A DNA stretch of 64,000 bases, taken from positions 120,840,001 to 120,904,000 of the forward strand of contig NW_024704742.1 of the NCBI RefSeq assembly GCF_018977255.1, given 5' to 3'. The translations under genes and the position numbers were made by a program. Of this stretch, positions 26,126 through 38,493 are shown piece after piece. Position 1 is the stretch's first letter, and each line of letters begins with the position of its first letter. The notes under the pieces were generated by a model. The model had not been told where the DNA came from and made no database searches. It saw only the letters and a program-made list of their open reading frames with translations. Source of the stretch: Callorhinchus milii (lineage: Eukaryota).

Positions 26126-27930
26126 TCGCACTGACACACACTCTATTCTCAGGAATCCACAGTATTGAAGCAAACTGATGTTTACTGTTTTGCGTGATAA
26201 TATTATTCAAGCCATCAGAAAAAATATGCTTAATAATTCAGATTTCTTTCATTTGAAACTGCCTGCTTGGGTTTAAATTTTAAATATAAAGATTGTAAAA
26301 GCTACATAGTGAATTAAAATTTCTGTAGATCAAATTGAATTGGAATTAGGATAAGCAACAGTCACAAGAGACATCATTAACCGTTACGAATGTCCCCTTT
26401 TTTAAAGAAAGATTACATTTTGCCAGCACATTGTACTTGATACACATTCCAAAACAGTTTTCTGTACACTATTTGTACTGAACACTCAATTTTGTTTTGA
26501 GAAAAAATACTTTTTCCCCTCAAAAAAATTATAATGATCTGACTCAACCGAGTTAATGAAGTCTCTTTTGCTAGAGACTCTCATTTCAACTCTGATTTGA
26601 GCTTCATTTCAATTCTGTAATCCTTAATTGCCATGCACCTTGCATTATTTAGAGCAACAAATGGAAGGAAGTGCGTTCAGATTAAAAAATGTAATCATGA
26701 CAAACGCTGCTTGGTGTCAAATTCTGAATAATCTTCTACAATGCTAGATTATGACTTTTTTATGAAAAGAAACAATATATCCTCCCCTGCAAGTGGTTGG
26801 CATCTCTAAAACATTAATCTGTGGATTAAGACAATTACAAAACAGCAAGACGCAAATACAGTATGCAAATACGATGCATTTCTTATCTCATAAAAGACTG
26901 AATCAAATCAATGCGATTTATTTAATTTACTCCAACTCCAGAAAAAATTATAATGTATTTAAATATCCCAGATTTATGAACAAGGGAAAACTGTACCAAG
27001 AGGAGGCTATTAAACTAACATAATCAGGTTTTATTCAACAATCTTCTCAGCAGTTGAAGCTACGACAAGGTCATTAGTACTAGACAAAAAGCACTTGGGA
27101 TTTAAAACCAAAATATATACACAAGCCACGTTTCCTGTAAATCTGGGAAAGGAGGAAGCTGTCACTTTGCTCACAGTGAACAACAGAGGTGAGTTTCCCA
27201 GCGGTTGCAATTAATATTTCACTCAATGAACACATTAAGATAAATACAGCAGTTCTGTTTTGCTAGTTTCTCACCAGAGGTGTAATTCCTATTTTTGTGC
27301 CAACAAACATAAATCAACTCATTGCTGAGGTCTGTAAGGACACTCTACAGGTCCCCCTGTGCCACTTGTAGTTCATAAATCAGTGCTATTGATTGACTGC
27401 TGTACACCATACAGAAAGCACACTGCATTTCGAAACAACCTCCTCAAAACTGAAAAATTGACTACAAGTTACAAGTAGATGTGGTTTCAGCGTTAAACTG
27501 AAGCAATGACAAAGAATGTCAAAAGCAAGGTATTGACGTTAAGGCTTGACCAAATTACCATTAACACTGAAGGCAAATAATAACAATCTTGCATTTGACA
27601 CAGTACCTTAACACATTGTTTGAATGTCTCAAATGTTTCACAGTAATTAATGTAGTGTAGTGATTGTATTTGTAAGTAAATGTGGCACTGTCCCACAAAC
27701 AGCAATGAAGTGAATAACTACTTATAGTTAGGGAATTGTTAGCCTCTACAAGAGAAACTACCTTCTCTTTTTTAATAGTTCTGCAGGATCTTTAATATAA
27801 ACTTGAACACGCAGACAGGATGATTAAGGATGGCATCTCTGATAGTGCAGCGTTCCCATCAGCACTGCACAGGAGAGCCACACACAAGACTAACAGGTTC
27901 AAATCCCAGATCTGGAGTTTGAATCCACTA

Positions 27931-28672
27931 CAACAACAACAACAACAAGATTCCATTTATAAAGCGCCTTTCACGTCAGGAGGACGTCCCAAGGCGCTGT
28001 ACAGTTGGGTCAGGACCCGAGCAAGGGGGAAATGGTCAGGGTGAGGGGAGAGAAGGGAGGGAGCGAGGAGGGGGGAAATGGTCAGGGTGAGGGGAGGGAA
28101 GGGAGGGAGCGAGGAGGGGGTAGAGAGTCGAGAGGGGAGCTGAAGGCTCGGTCAAAGAGAAAGGTCTTGAGACCGGCCTTGAAGGAGGAAAGGGAGGAGG
28201 CGGCGAAGGCACTGGGGGATAGAGTTCCAGAGCCTCGGGGCTGAGAGGCTGAAGGCCCGGCCACCGATGGTAGGGCGGTTGGGGCGGGGGATGTGGAGCA
28301 GACCGGAGCCAGAGGAACGGAGGGTACGGGCAGGTAGGTAGGGGGATAGTAGGTCAGAGAGGTAGGAGGGAGCGAGGCCGTGAATGGCCTTGTAGGTGAG
28401 GATGAGGATATTGAAATCAATCCTCTGGGGGATGGGGAGCCAGTGGAGGCGAGCGAGGGTGGGAGTGGTGTGGTCCCGAAGCCTGGTGCGGGACAGCACA
28501 CAAGCTGCAGAGTTCTGAATGACCTGCAGCTTGTGGAGGGAGGTGCCGGGAAGGCCGGCGAGGAGAGAGTTCCCATAGTCCAGCCTTGAGGTGACAAAGG
28601 CGTGGACCAGGGTTTTAGCAGCGTGAGGGGTGCGTGAGAGGTGAGGTAGTGACGTAGTCTGGCGATGTTCCT
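27931..28672 (-). mobile_element. L2 LINE 3' portion, inverted relative to 24901-26125
   Basis: [24 protein letters not shown]...[10 protein letters not shown]; same duplicated 3'UTR unit as the + copy. Confidence 0.95.
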
Positions 28673-28958
28673 TCTGATTACTACCTTCTGATTCAGAGGC
28701 AACAGTGTTCCAACTGAGCCTGGCTAACACTTGGCTGATGTCTATCGAATAGCAGATAGGGAAATTTTGAGGAGACAGCCGCTGAAAGGCGTTACTTGGA
28801 GTCTAGATTTGTGAACATACTCACATATCCAGAGCTTGGTATCTATCTTTATTGATATGCAGAGAGGTAAGCAGCTGCTGGAACCATTTGTGTGCCTCTG
28901 GGCTATAACAGTGCTCTCACACATTCTAAGTTGTGCTGTTTACTAGTTGCTCCTGGCA

Positions 28959-29034
28959 CAGTGAAGCCTCATTATAATGTGGTGTTTGAGATCCATAAAA
29001 TCCCAACATCGAGGCACAATAGCGGGTTTGACTG
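28959..29034. mobile_element. Possible decayed Tc1/mariner (Tigger-like) MITE
   Basis: Ends cagtgaagcctcattata and atagcgggtttgactg are weakly inverted and both start with CAGT; flanks read ca/ca instead of TA. Confidence 0.3.
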
Positions 29035-29821
29035 CAAACGTACTGCAAAGCGGAAAGGGATGTCAATAATGAACCTCATGATGTGGAATCGGCTATTTTA
29101 GAGGAAAAAGCCATCTGGCACGTGCAAAAACTGCTTGCACGCATGCACATTGAATGAAGTCCACCGAGCAACCACGTAAAATGTGAATTTGTGCTGCAGT
29201 TGAATTGTATTAAACTGATGATGCACTATAACTGCCATTTATCTAGTGAAGGCTCAAACTTGTGCTGTTGGATGGTCAAATGACCAAGTTGTGACTATCC
29301 TCTTTGGTAGGAGGAGACGGGCAAAGAGAAAGTATTAGACACAGGCTGGCAAGCACCAAGGCTTGGGGACCCCAGAGTTTTGGTTGGGATACTGCTGGAG
29401 TTTAAACAACTGAACCCACGTTGCTTACCATTGCAAACATCGTCAGACAAGCTCTCCACTGCTTGTCCAATTAGGACCATCATACCAACTAGTTTGGCTT
29501 TCTGGCTTAACAGGAATAAGTAGAAAGAATCCCTCAAGTGACTGGTCTGCTCTTCAAAGTCCTACCGACGAGCTAGTATTGCAGATCCACCTGGCTCAGG
29601 ACTACCTAGATGGCCACAGAAGATTGACACAATTGCAGTGTTTTGTTACCAAGATAAGACATCTTGGAACCAGCTCAACCCCTAGGAAACCCTGTTTAAG
29701 AATGATAGTGATAATAATAATCCTTATATTTGATATAATGCCTTATCAGGTCTTTCAGACGTTTCAAAGCGCTTCACATAATATGCTGTGAAGTGAATTG
29801 ACAGGACATTTTGTTTTAAGG

Positions 29822-30090
29822 TTTTAAGGACTAACAGAGAGGGGGAGGCAGGGCAAGGAAGACAAATGAGAAATGGGATAGATGAAATGGGGTTGTCCTC
29901 TGCTGCATTTTCTATTTTGTCTTCCTTGCCCTGACTCCTTCCTCGCTGTTAGTGCTTAAAAGCCTCTCCCTCCCAACATGCCCCAGTTCTGACGAAGGGT
30001 CATGGACCCGAAACGTTGACTCACTTTCCTTTCTCCATAGATGCTGCCTGACCTACTGAGTGTTCCCAGCGACTTCTGTTTTTGTTTTGC
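29822..30090 (+). mobile_element. Penelope-like element remnant (pLTR with inverted 5' arm) carrying a hammerhead motif
   Basis: About 55-bp inverted arms at 29822-29875 and 29906-29961, then a hammerhead core and a shared downstream tail gatgctgcctgacct...ttctgtttttgtttt. Confidence 0.7.
29985..30021 (+). ncRNA. Minimal type I hammerhead ribozyme motif (Penelope type)
   Basis: agtt-CTGACGA-a-GGGTC(atg)GACCC-GAAA-CGTT-gact: core, perfect 5-bp helix II, palindromic helix III, 4-bp helix I. Confidence 0.75.
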
Positions 30091-31041
30091 ATTTATAATG
30101 TATTCAATAGTATGATGTGGATTCACCATGCCCAGAACTAATTTTAAGAACAACCAGATAACATTTAAAAAATGCCAATTAATTTTGGAAAGACTTCCGA
30201 AAGATACCAATAAACTATTTTTTTATGAAACTGCAGCAGTACAGGGAAAGTGAGTGCAGTGTGTCATATAAATAAAAGAAAATCTCCCACAGGAAGGTAA
30301 GAGACCCAGCAGTGAAAATAACTGCAAGCAGCATGAGCTATTTGTACAATATTTACCCTCTCTTAATGTGTGATCAATGCAGGCTGTATGTTTACTTGCA
30401 GCACTGACCTGCACTCTTTGCTCCCTCAGCTCCTGTTGAGTCTTGGCAATCACACTGCCAAGGCCCAAAGGTTGTGTAGGAATCAGTACCACAAGAATAC
30501 AAATTGTGTTTCAGTGAGATTGATAAGACATTGCTGAAGTTAAAATCTTCAAAAGGAATGGTTATACACAGCTGGTTATTTTCCTCCACCCTATTTGTGC
30601 ATGTGAATACTCCATTATGGAGTTAGTCCGGAGGATTAAACACGGGATGTTCATCTCAATCTAATGTCATTTGTGATTTACAATTACAGCTCCTCGAGAC
30701 AGATCTAATAATAGGCACCTGTCTCATGGAGGCTTTGTTAACCCAGTAAGAGATTATATGGGGCAGGTCTATATATCTGGACATTAAGCAACATGAAATC
30801 ACTTTACTCCAGATTCTTCCACAGACAAATCACAGCGCGATCTAATTTCCAACATGCAACTGGATTTGCAAACTGGATTTGTTGTGTTGCTTGGAACTTC
30901 CAGAGTGCAACTTTTAGTGTGGAATATTCAGTCAAATGTGAATCCCAAGTCAGCAAAGTCTGAATATTGTCATGCAAGCAAAACAGCAGCAAGAAACAGC
31001 GAAAAGTAGCTACTTAAAAAAAGACATACTGCTATATTTAT

Positions 31042-31182
31042 GAAAATAAGGCAAAATACTGCAGATGCTGGAAAGAGTTCTGACGAAAGGTCATCGAGCT
31101 GAAACGTTAACCCACTTTCCCTTCTCCATAGTTGCTGCCTGACCTGCTGAGGCTTCCCAGTGACTTATGTTTTTATTTCTGC
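31042..31182 (+). mobile_element. Penelope-derived unit with hammerhead motif (copy 2)
   Basis: gagtt-CTGACGA-a-aggtc(atc)gagct-GAAACGTT-aacc at about 31075-31112; same downstream tail as copy 1. Confidence 0.7.
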
Positions 31183-31489
31183 TACATTTATGGTTGGGAG
31201 ATCAAATATTTGAGTATTTACTTTTTTTGAAAAACATATCCTGGAAGTTTTGCCCCTCTCCCTAAACAGGTCACTAAGTTACAACTGATTACTGTACAGA
31301 AGTGTGTTATGCACTCCCCCTGAGAACTGTTACTCTGAATTCTGTTTAAGTTTCCCTAGTTTTCACTGCTTTGTACAGTGTTAAATCTGTCTTTGGGAGT
31401 TTACACTGATTGTAATTCCATTTTCGTTTTTGTAAACCTTTGACTTTAAATTTAGATTAAACAGAACAACAAAGTTCCCATTGGCCCAC

Positions 31490-31665
31490 TGGGTACACTT
31501 TGCCTAGTGTAGCATTAAGTTGAACTGAATGGATGGTTGCAAATTTGATTCCTGGTCTGTGCTGAGTTATCGGATTACAGCTGGATTAGCAGCATTGTGA
31601 TTATGTTTCTCAGTGCTCCTCAGCTGAAGTGTGAGGAAAATCAGCCAGCGATCTCCCATCCTATT
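31490..31665 (+). mobile_element. Ancient SINE resembling AmnSINE2 (second copy)
   Basis: tttgattcctggtctgtgctgagttatcggattacagctgg...ctcagtgctcct...gaggaaaatcagccag matches the recalled consensus. Confidence 0.55.
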
Positions 31666-31784
31666 CTTTAACCAACAATCAAGGGGCTTTCGGCTTCCAC
31701 CTAACTCAGGTCCCCAGCCAGTGTTTTAAATGCTTTGAGAGATTCTCCTGATATGAAAGGCGTTACATAAATGTAGACTATATT

Positions 31785-32100
31785 GGAGTTCTGTGGCTCA
31801 GTGGTTAGAGCACTCGCCATGCAAGCGAGACACCTGGGTTCAATTCCAGGCAGGGCGAAACCTTGGGCAAGTTTCCTTACTCCACACACCTAATAATAAT
31901 CCCTCCAAAACGAAACAATAAATTGGTCATTTTCAATCCACGACTGTTTGTGGGACACTGCTATGCGCAATTGGCTGCCGCGTTTCGCCCACAAATATAC
32001 AATCAATTCATTTTGCAGTCTATTCTGTGAAGCGCTTTGAGACTTCTAGAAGACGTGAAAAGCACTATATCAAATTCAAGGATTATTATTATTATTATTA
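31785..32100 (+). mobile_element. Full-length tRNA-derived SINE (short subfamily)
   Basis: tRNA head with A and B boxes; tail loop variant ctagaa; (ATT)n. Confidence 0.93.
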
Positions 32101-32269
32101 TATTGTCTCAGCTGGAAAGTGCACTTGTATGAACATGAGATGAAGTCAACATTGGCAGTGAAGTCCCCCACAGTTAACCTAACACCCATCCAGCACCTTG
32201 GGACGTGCTCCCGATGTGAAAGGTGCTATACAAATGTAATTTTGTATTTTTGTATTATATCATCTAAGG

Positions 32270-32350
32270 CAGGGATGGCCAACTTGTGATCCAAGGGCCG
32301 CATTGCACACGCGTAGAATAGTCACGTGGGCCGCAAGTTGGCCATCCCTG
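32270..32350. mobile_element. 81-bp hAT (Charlie-like) MITE
   Basis: Perfect 17-bp TIR cagggatggccaacttg / caagttggccatccctg; 8-bp flanks atctaagg and gtctagag resemble the NTCTAGAN target. Confidence 0.8.
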
Positions 32351-33824
32351 GTCTAGAGTAACACATGAAGAATGGCTGTTTGGATTAAGTACCATTCCCT
32401 GTGGCAACTGCGCTCCAACATGAATCAAAGGAGAAAAATTGTAAAAAAAATTAAATCTATGGAGTTGAGCAGAGCACATTGAAAGCCAATATTTGGCAAG
32501 CACTGAGGTATGTTCAAGGAGGTATGTTAGAGCAATGCGTTATTTGCAGACAGCGCAATATCTATGTAAACAAATAGACAAGAAACACTCCATTTGAAGA
32601 CTGTGCTCTTTTAAGATCTGATGTTGGTACAATTGCAGCAGCCGTGTTGCTACTGGAAACCATGCTCAGCTATTGCTGTCGACATTCTGTGCTTTGTGCA
32701 GGAGGCATTGTTCAACTGTATTTTTGCAGTACTGTCTACAATTAATTTTCAACAAAAGAAATTGTGTAAGTAAACAGGATTAGACAACCCGAGATGCAAA
32801 CTAGGAAACCGATAAGTACACACATCAGGTCTGTACATCCGAATAGCAAGAAACATAGCATTAGATTTGTTTAACACTAAATTCTTTTTAAACTTGTCAT
32901 AGTAAAAATATATCCTGACAATTCCCATCAAAGTGCAACCTGAAGGCACTGATCAGTAACTTTCATGTCCTTGTGTATTCTCTTACTTATTTCCCAATGG
33001 ATTCCTGCAGTATGTTACATTGGGCTGAAATAGAATTAGGTAGGAAATTGTTACGTAACCACTAGCACAAACAACTTTTTCATTGGAATAACAGAAAAAT
33101 ACCATTGCAATGACACTGACAAACAAATGAAGAGCTGGAATAGTCAATGAAAAATGACTATCACAATGTTTGGGAAATATAGTTAACACAATGCAAAATC
33201 TTTTCTGTAGCTTCTCTTTTTTGATGCTTAAGCTTTGAACAAATTGGAGCAGAATACATTTTGCACAGGTGTATCGGGACATTCAACGCCTTCAAAACGC
33301 TTTAGTTATTCTCTATCCTTCCTCACTGTGACTAAAGATCTGGCACAAAAGCAGGTGATGAATGCAATTAAAAAAAGCAGGCACGGAATTGTAAGAGAGA
33401 TTTATTCATATTTGTCGCTTTTCAGTTTTAATTGCAATTTCAGAATGGAAATTGTCTGGGTTCCGTCCTTTCAACAAAGGGAAGAAAATGGATTTGACAC
33501 ACACTCTCACTGGTTAAAGCATTAAAGAGCAGCTAATAAAGCGCATGAAGAAGTTGCATTAATACTTGACCATTATGATTCCATTGATTTTTTCTCCAGT
33601 AATTAGAATGGCTATGTTGATCTAGTTGTGAGATAAACTTTCAGTTTTACTTAAAACGTCATTCTTCTGATGTAACCTATGGCATCTTTATGCCAAAAGT
33701 GTGAATCAACTGTGTAGAGGTCAAAAAATGTAGTATTCCTAAACACATCCCATTCATAAATTAGGAAATTGTTAAAGTGCGGAACTCATTAGGCTAATCA
33801 ATGAAAGGAAAGATCAAGGCAGCA

Positions 33825-34065
33825 TTTTGGCTCAGTTAATAGAATTCTTGCTTCTGAGTCAGAAGGTTGTGGTTTCAATCCCTGTGTCAGGACTCAATTC
33901 ATAGACTTCACTGAGCCTCCAGTGCAGTAGTGCAGTATGATGCATTGTTGGAGGTGCTGTCCTTTAAATGAGAAGCTAAACCAAGATCCCACCTACCCAC
34001 TCAGATGGACATTAAAGATCCAATTGGAAAGAAAAGAGAAGGGAGTTTTTCCTGCTGTCCAGTTT
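33825..34065 (+). mobile_element. Deu-domain SINE 5' portion
   Basis: tggctcagtt...cttgcttctgagtcagaaggttgtgg head; ctcagatggacattaaagatcc. Confidence 0.7.
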
Positions 34066-34494
34066 ACTGTAATCTCTGTGCAAGGAACTAGTAACACTAC
34101 AAGTTTTGCTTTTCACATCTTATAAGAGAATCGCTGCTGGTTTCTAAAAGATTCTGCACTACACAATCTTAATCACATCGGCAATTTAGTGTATCTTCCA
34201 CAATGTGAGTTTATCAACAGAGCTAAAATCTCTATAGCATCCCTGAGACATATGACATTAAATACAAAAAAATGTTTCCTAGGGGAAGGGGGAATTTCTT
34301 AAAGCTTGATGAAAAGGTCATGTTACCATTGCGGTGGATCCTTTTACATGTCAACAGACAGATTGTGTACAGCAATACAAAATAGTCACAAACTGTTCTG
34401 ACAGAAAAGTCAGTTGAGCAAGTCAGGCTCAACATTATTTATCTCATGTTAAATTCTATTATATTTATGCAGCCTTTTCAGAGCCTCCGGATGT

Positions 34495-34823
34495 GGAGTC
34501 CTGTAGCTCAGTGGTTAGAGCACTCGCTTTGCAAGTGAGAGACCTGAGTTCAATTCCAGGCACAGGGCGAAACCTTGGGCAAGTTTCCTTACTCCACACG
34601 CCTAATAATAATCCCTCCAAAACCAAAACAAAAGCAATAATAAATTGGTCATTTTTAATCTACGACTGTTTGTGGGACATTGCTGTGCGCAATTGGCTGC
34701 CGCGTTCGCCCACAAATATACAGTCAATTCACTTTACAGTGTGTTCTGTGAAGCGCTTTGGGACATCTCCCGACGTGAAAAGCGCTATATCAAATATAAG
34801 GATTATTATTATTATTATTATTA
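34495..34823 (+). mobile_element. Full-length tRNA-derived SINE (short subfamily)
   Basis: Nearly identical to 17706-18030. Confidence 0.95.
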
Positions 34824-36203
34824 TATAGCTTATGAAGTGCCAACACCATCTCTACCTCCTCTCCCCCCACCACCAGTAGTGTCATTGCAGGTTGGTTGAG
34901 AACTGCTAAAAATGCTTTCAGGCATCCTGGTTCTTGTTGGTAAAGTTCCCTGACTTGTCTTCATAATTTAATCTCTTTCCAGCATGCTTTTTGGACAAAT
35001 TAAGATTTTCTTTGATCAGCCATCTGTGCTGTGCCCAATGAGTTTGCTATTGCTAGCTATCGAAAATCCACCAGACAACTGGCAAGTGATAAACCACATC
35101 AATATCAAGCCGTTACAATCTAATACAAATTTAGTGGTGCTAATGCAATTGCTTGTAAATCTCTCACTAATAATGTGTATTGAATGTCATCTTAATCCCG
35201 GAATCTTCTTCACTCTGAACGAAATACAAGATACTATATTTTCATGGTCTAAATTAGATAAGACAGCCATCTGGAATCTGGTCATTGAGGCTAACCCACT
35301 TTTCTCCAGTCAAGTAATAATAACAATCCTTAGATTTGTTACAACAACAAATCGCATGTATATAGCCCCCCTTACGGAGGGTAGGGTGAGGGGCATTTAT
35401 ATACGTATGGCAGTCGTCTGAGTGTATTTCACAGGATTTTACTGTAATCTCGCACCAGGAGAAACTCCCTTCACTTTTTGTACAGTGCCATGGTATCAAA
35501 ACCTTGTTCCACTGCATTTTGGGACCTAACATGGGTATATTTTAGAGGTAGACTATTAAGCATTGATAAAGGCAAAACATTAGCATTTGCAGGTCTCTGT
35601 TGTAACAGAGTTTGGACCTTGGTACAAAGCAGACATTGTAGAAGCAGATGAGCTAGATTGTTGCCAAGTCTAGTAGAACATAAGCTCTAACCTGATTAAA
35701 CAATTCTTCCAATATGTTCTCTACCCAGTATATCCATACATCCCTAATCTACTTCAAAGGAAATGCAAAGAAATACAGTAACCCAAAGAAGCTTAGTAAT
35801 ACAACTCATCAGCAGCCATTTGCCCAAACACAACCTTTCCAGATTTTAAGAAAACATATTTTGAATAATCGTAAATCCTTTCATAAATAATGTCAAAATA
35901 AATAGAAGGCGCAATGTTTATAACTAGTAATGATTATATCAGCCTTTATATAGCAACTTCCACATAAATCAGAAAACAGTGCATGTTTTAACGTCCAAAC
36001 TATTTCAGTTACAGCTATCAGATTAGTCATGAGTCAATCAATTCATATTGTAAAAATAGTTTCTTTTAAAGTTAGAATGAGTCATCAATGGTAACAGAAG
36101 AGCAATTTCAGCCCACAAATGAGGAGTTATGCAAGCCAGAAGCCAATGCTATAGATTTATTGTCTTCCTCCATAGTTGTACATTTCAACTTACCAAGCGA
36201 GTC

Positions 36204-36939
36204 AGGAACCTAGCTGTCTTGTTCGACTCTTAACTGTCTTTTCTTCCCCACATCCAAGCCATGACCCGCTCTGCCTTCCCTCACCTCCGCAACATTGCCC
36301 AACTCCGCCAATACCTCACCCCTCAGGCAGCTGAAACTCTTGTTCATGCCTTCATCACCTCCAGGCTCGACTATGCAAATGCCCTGCTTGTCAGCCTTCC
36401 CAACTCCTCCTCCACAGGCTGCAGATAATCCAAAACTCTGCAGCCCGTCTCCTCTCCCGCACCAAACTCCATGACCCCATCTCACCCATTCTCGCCCGAC
36501 TCCATTGGCTCCCTATCCTTCAGAGGATCCAGTTCAAGATCCTGGTCCTCACCTACAAAGCCCTCCATGGCCTCGCCCCACCCTACCTCTGCGACTTCCT
36601 AACTCCCTACCAACCCGCCCGTTCCCTCCTCTCAGCCGGCTCTGGCCTGCTCCACGTCCCCCAACCCACCTGCCCCACCATTGGCGGGAGAGCCTTCAGC
36701 CACTCTGCCCCCAACCTCTGAAACTCCATCCCCCAGTCACTCCGCCTCACCCCCTCCTTAGCCTCCTTCAAGTCCCGTCCCAAGACCCTCCTCTTCGGCC
36801 ATGCCATCGGTCACCCCCCTTCCCTCCCTTCTCCCCCCTGACCCCAGCTCAGGTCTGAAATGCTGTACACTGTCCAGCACCTTGGGATGTCCTCCTGGCG
36901 TAAAAGGCGCTATACAAATGTAATCTTGTTGTTGTTGTT
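36204..36939 (+). mobile_element. L2 LINE 3' portion
   Basis: Same subfamily 3'UTR as 6934-7420 (accccagctcaggtctgaaatgctgtacactg); (TTG)n tail. Confidence 0.92.
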
Positions 36940-37489
36940 CCTCATAATGGTATTCCCCAGTTACCTACTGAGCTGTTTACATCAGGAGTCCTCCCTCATT
37001 TAAATCTGTGATTTGATTCTAGTCAGATGATTTTATATGAGTGTTTTTTTAATGTATTTAGATTGTGCAGTTATCAGAGGCAACTTTACTTGCTGTGGCA
37101 AAAATAAATAAGTGGATATGATTCGAACACAATATCCTCACAGGAAATAAAACTTGCACATAGATATCAAAATAAATGTTGTTTCCAGAAACCAATTGGC
37201 AACTTCCTGACGAGTAGAGCCTGTGATAATTCAACTTTAAATTACGTAAATTTATAGAAAAACAAAATTGAAATGTTATTTTAAATTTTTTTCAATGATT
37301 TTCAAATGTTACCTCTCCTCATTGCAGAATCAGCCGCAAATGAAACAATCTTACATGGCTTTTATATTTCTGCTCTTGCAGCTCCGACTGTGACTCACAA
37401 TGAGAGGGGCTGACACTTCTGTCCAGCTTTTTCTTTCACTTATTGAAAAGGCAGATAGAGCAGACACGTAGGCATGTGGTACATCAGGG

Positions 37490-37695
37490 TCACTTTGACT
37501 TTGGGAAGATCACATTCACTTTCACCTGGGCGTGTTACTTGACCCAAGGCACACCGTTCTCATTTTGACACAGGTACATCATACTCTCATTGACCCCAGG
37601 CACATCATGCTCACACTGGCCCCAGGTAAATGATGTCCAGTTTGACCCCAGTTATGTCACGCTCACTTTGTCTTCAGGTATTTCACATTCATTTT
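37490..37695. repeat. Degenerate tandem repeat, about 26-bp unit
   Basis: Recurring ttgaccccaggYacatcatRctcac-like units, roughly 7 copies. Confidence 0.6.
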
Positions 37696-38086
37696 ATCTC
37701 TGACATTGTGTATGACATTGATTACTTTGCCATTTCACACACAATTCAGTCTCTATTTAAGGCACTAGGCTTAAAGTCAGTCAGTCAAAGTGAATTCATT
37801 GAAAAAAATATCCGCGATCCTTCACTTAAATGACCTCTATAAATGTAACTGGATCAGGATACATCAGTGAGATACCAGATACAAATCAATCCATAATAGC
37901 ATAACTTTGACTTTAAATTACTTTGACTTAGGCAGGAAGATATAACGTCAGTCAATTTATCTTTTTTTACTTTTTATTTCTGAAGTACAGTGTTTAAATG
38001 CTTTTGAGCAAAACGTCCCTCATAACAGAATCTTTATGCTGATGATAATAAATTCAATTGTACTGACTGTTTCAGAGCTGGACTCT

Positions 38087-38493
38087 ACAACAACAAGATT
38101 CCATTTATAGAGCGCCTTTCACGTCGGGAGGACGTCCCAAGGCGCTGTACAGTTGGGTCAGGACCTGAGCAGGGGGGAAATGGTCAGGGTGAGGGGAGGG
38201 AGGGAGGGAGCGAGGAGGGGGTAGAGAGTCAAGACGGGAGCTGAAGGCACCGTCAAAGAGAAAGGTCTTGAGACCGGCCTTGAAGGAGGAAAGGGAGGAG
38301 GCGGCGAAGGCACTGGGGGATGGAGTTCCAGAGCCTCGGGGCTGAAGGCCCGGCCACCGATGGTAGGGCGGTTAGGGCGGGGGATGTGGAGCAGACCGGA
38401 GCCAGAGGAACGGAGGGTACGGGCAGGTAGGTAGGGGGATAGTAGGTCGGAGAGGTAGGAGGGAGCAAGGCCGTGAATGGCCTTGTAGGTGAG
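38087..38493 (-). mobile_element. L2 LINE 3' end
   Basis: Near-identical to 27931-28400 but with a single copy of the 3'UTR unit. Confidence 0.92.
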
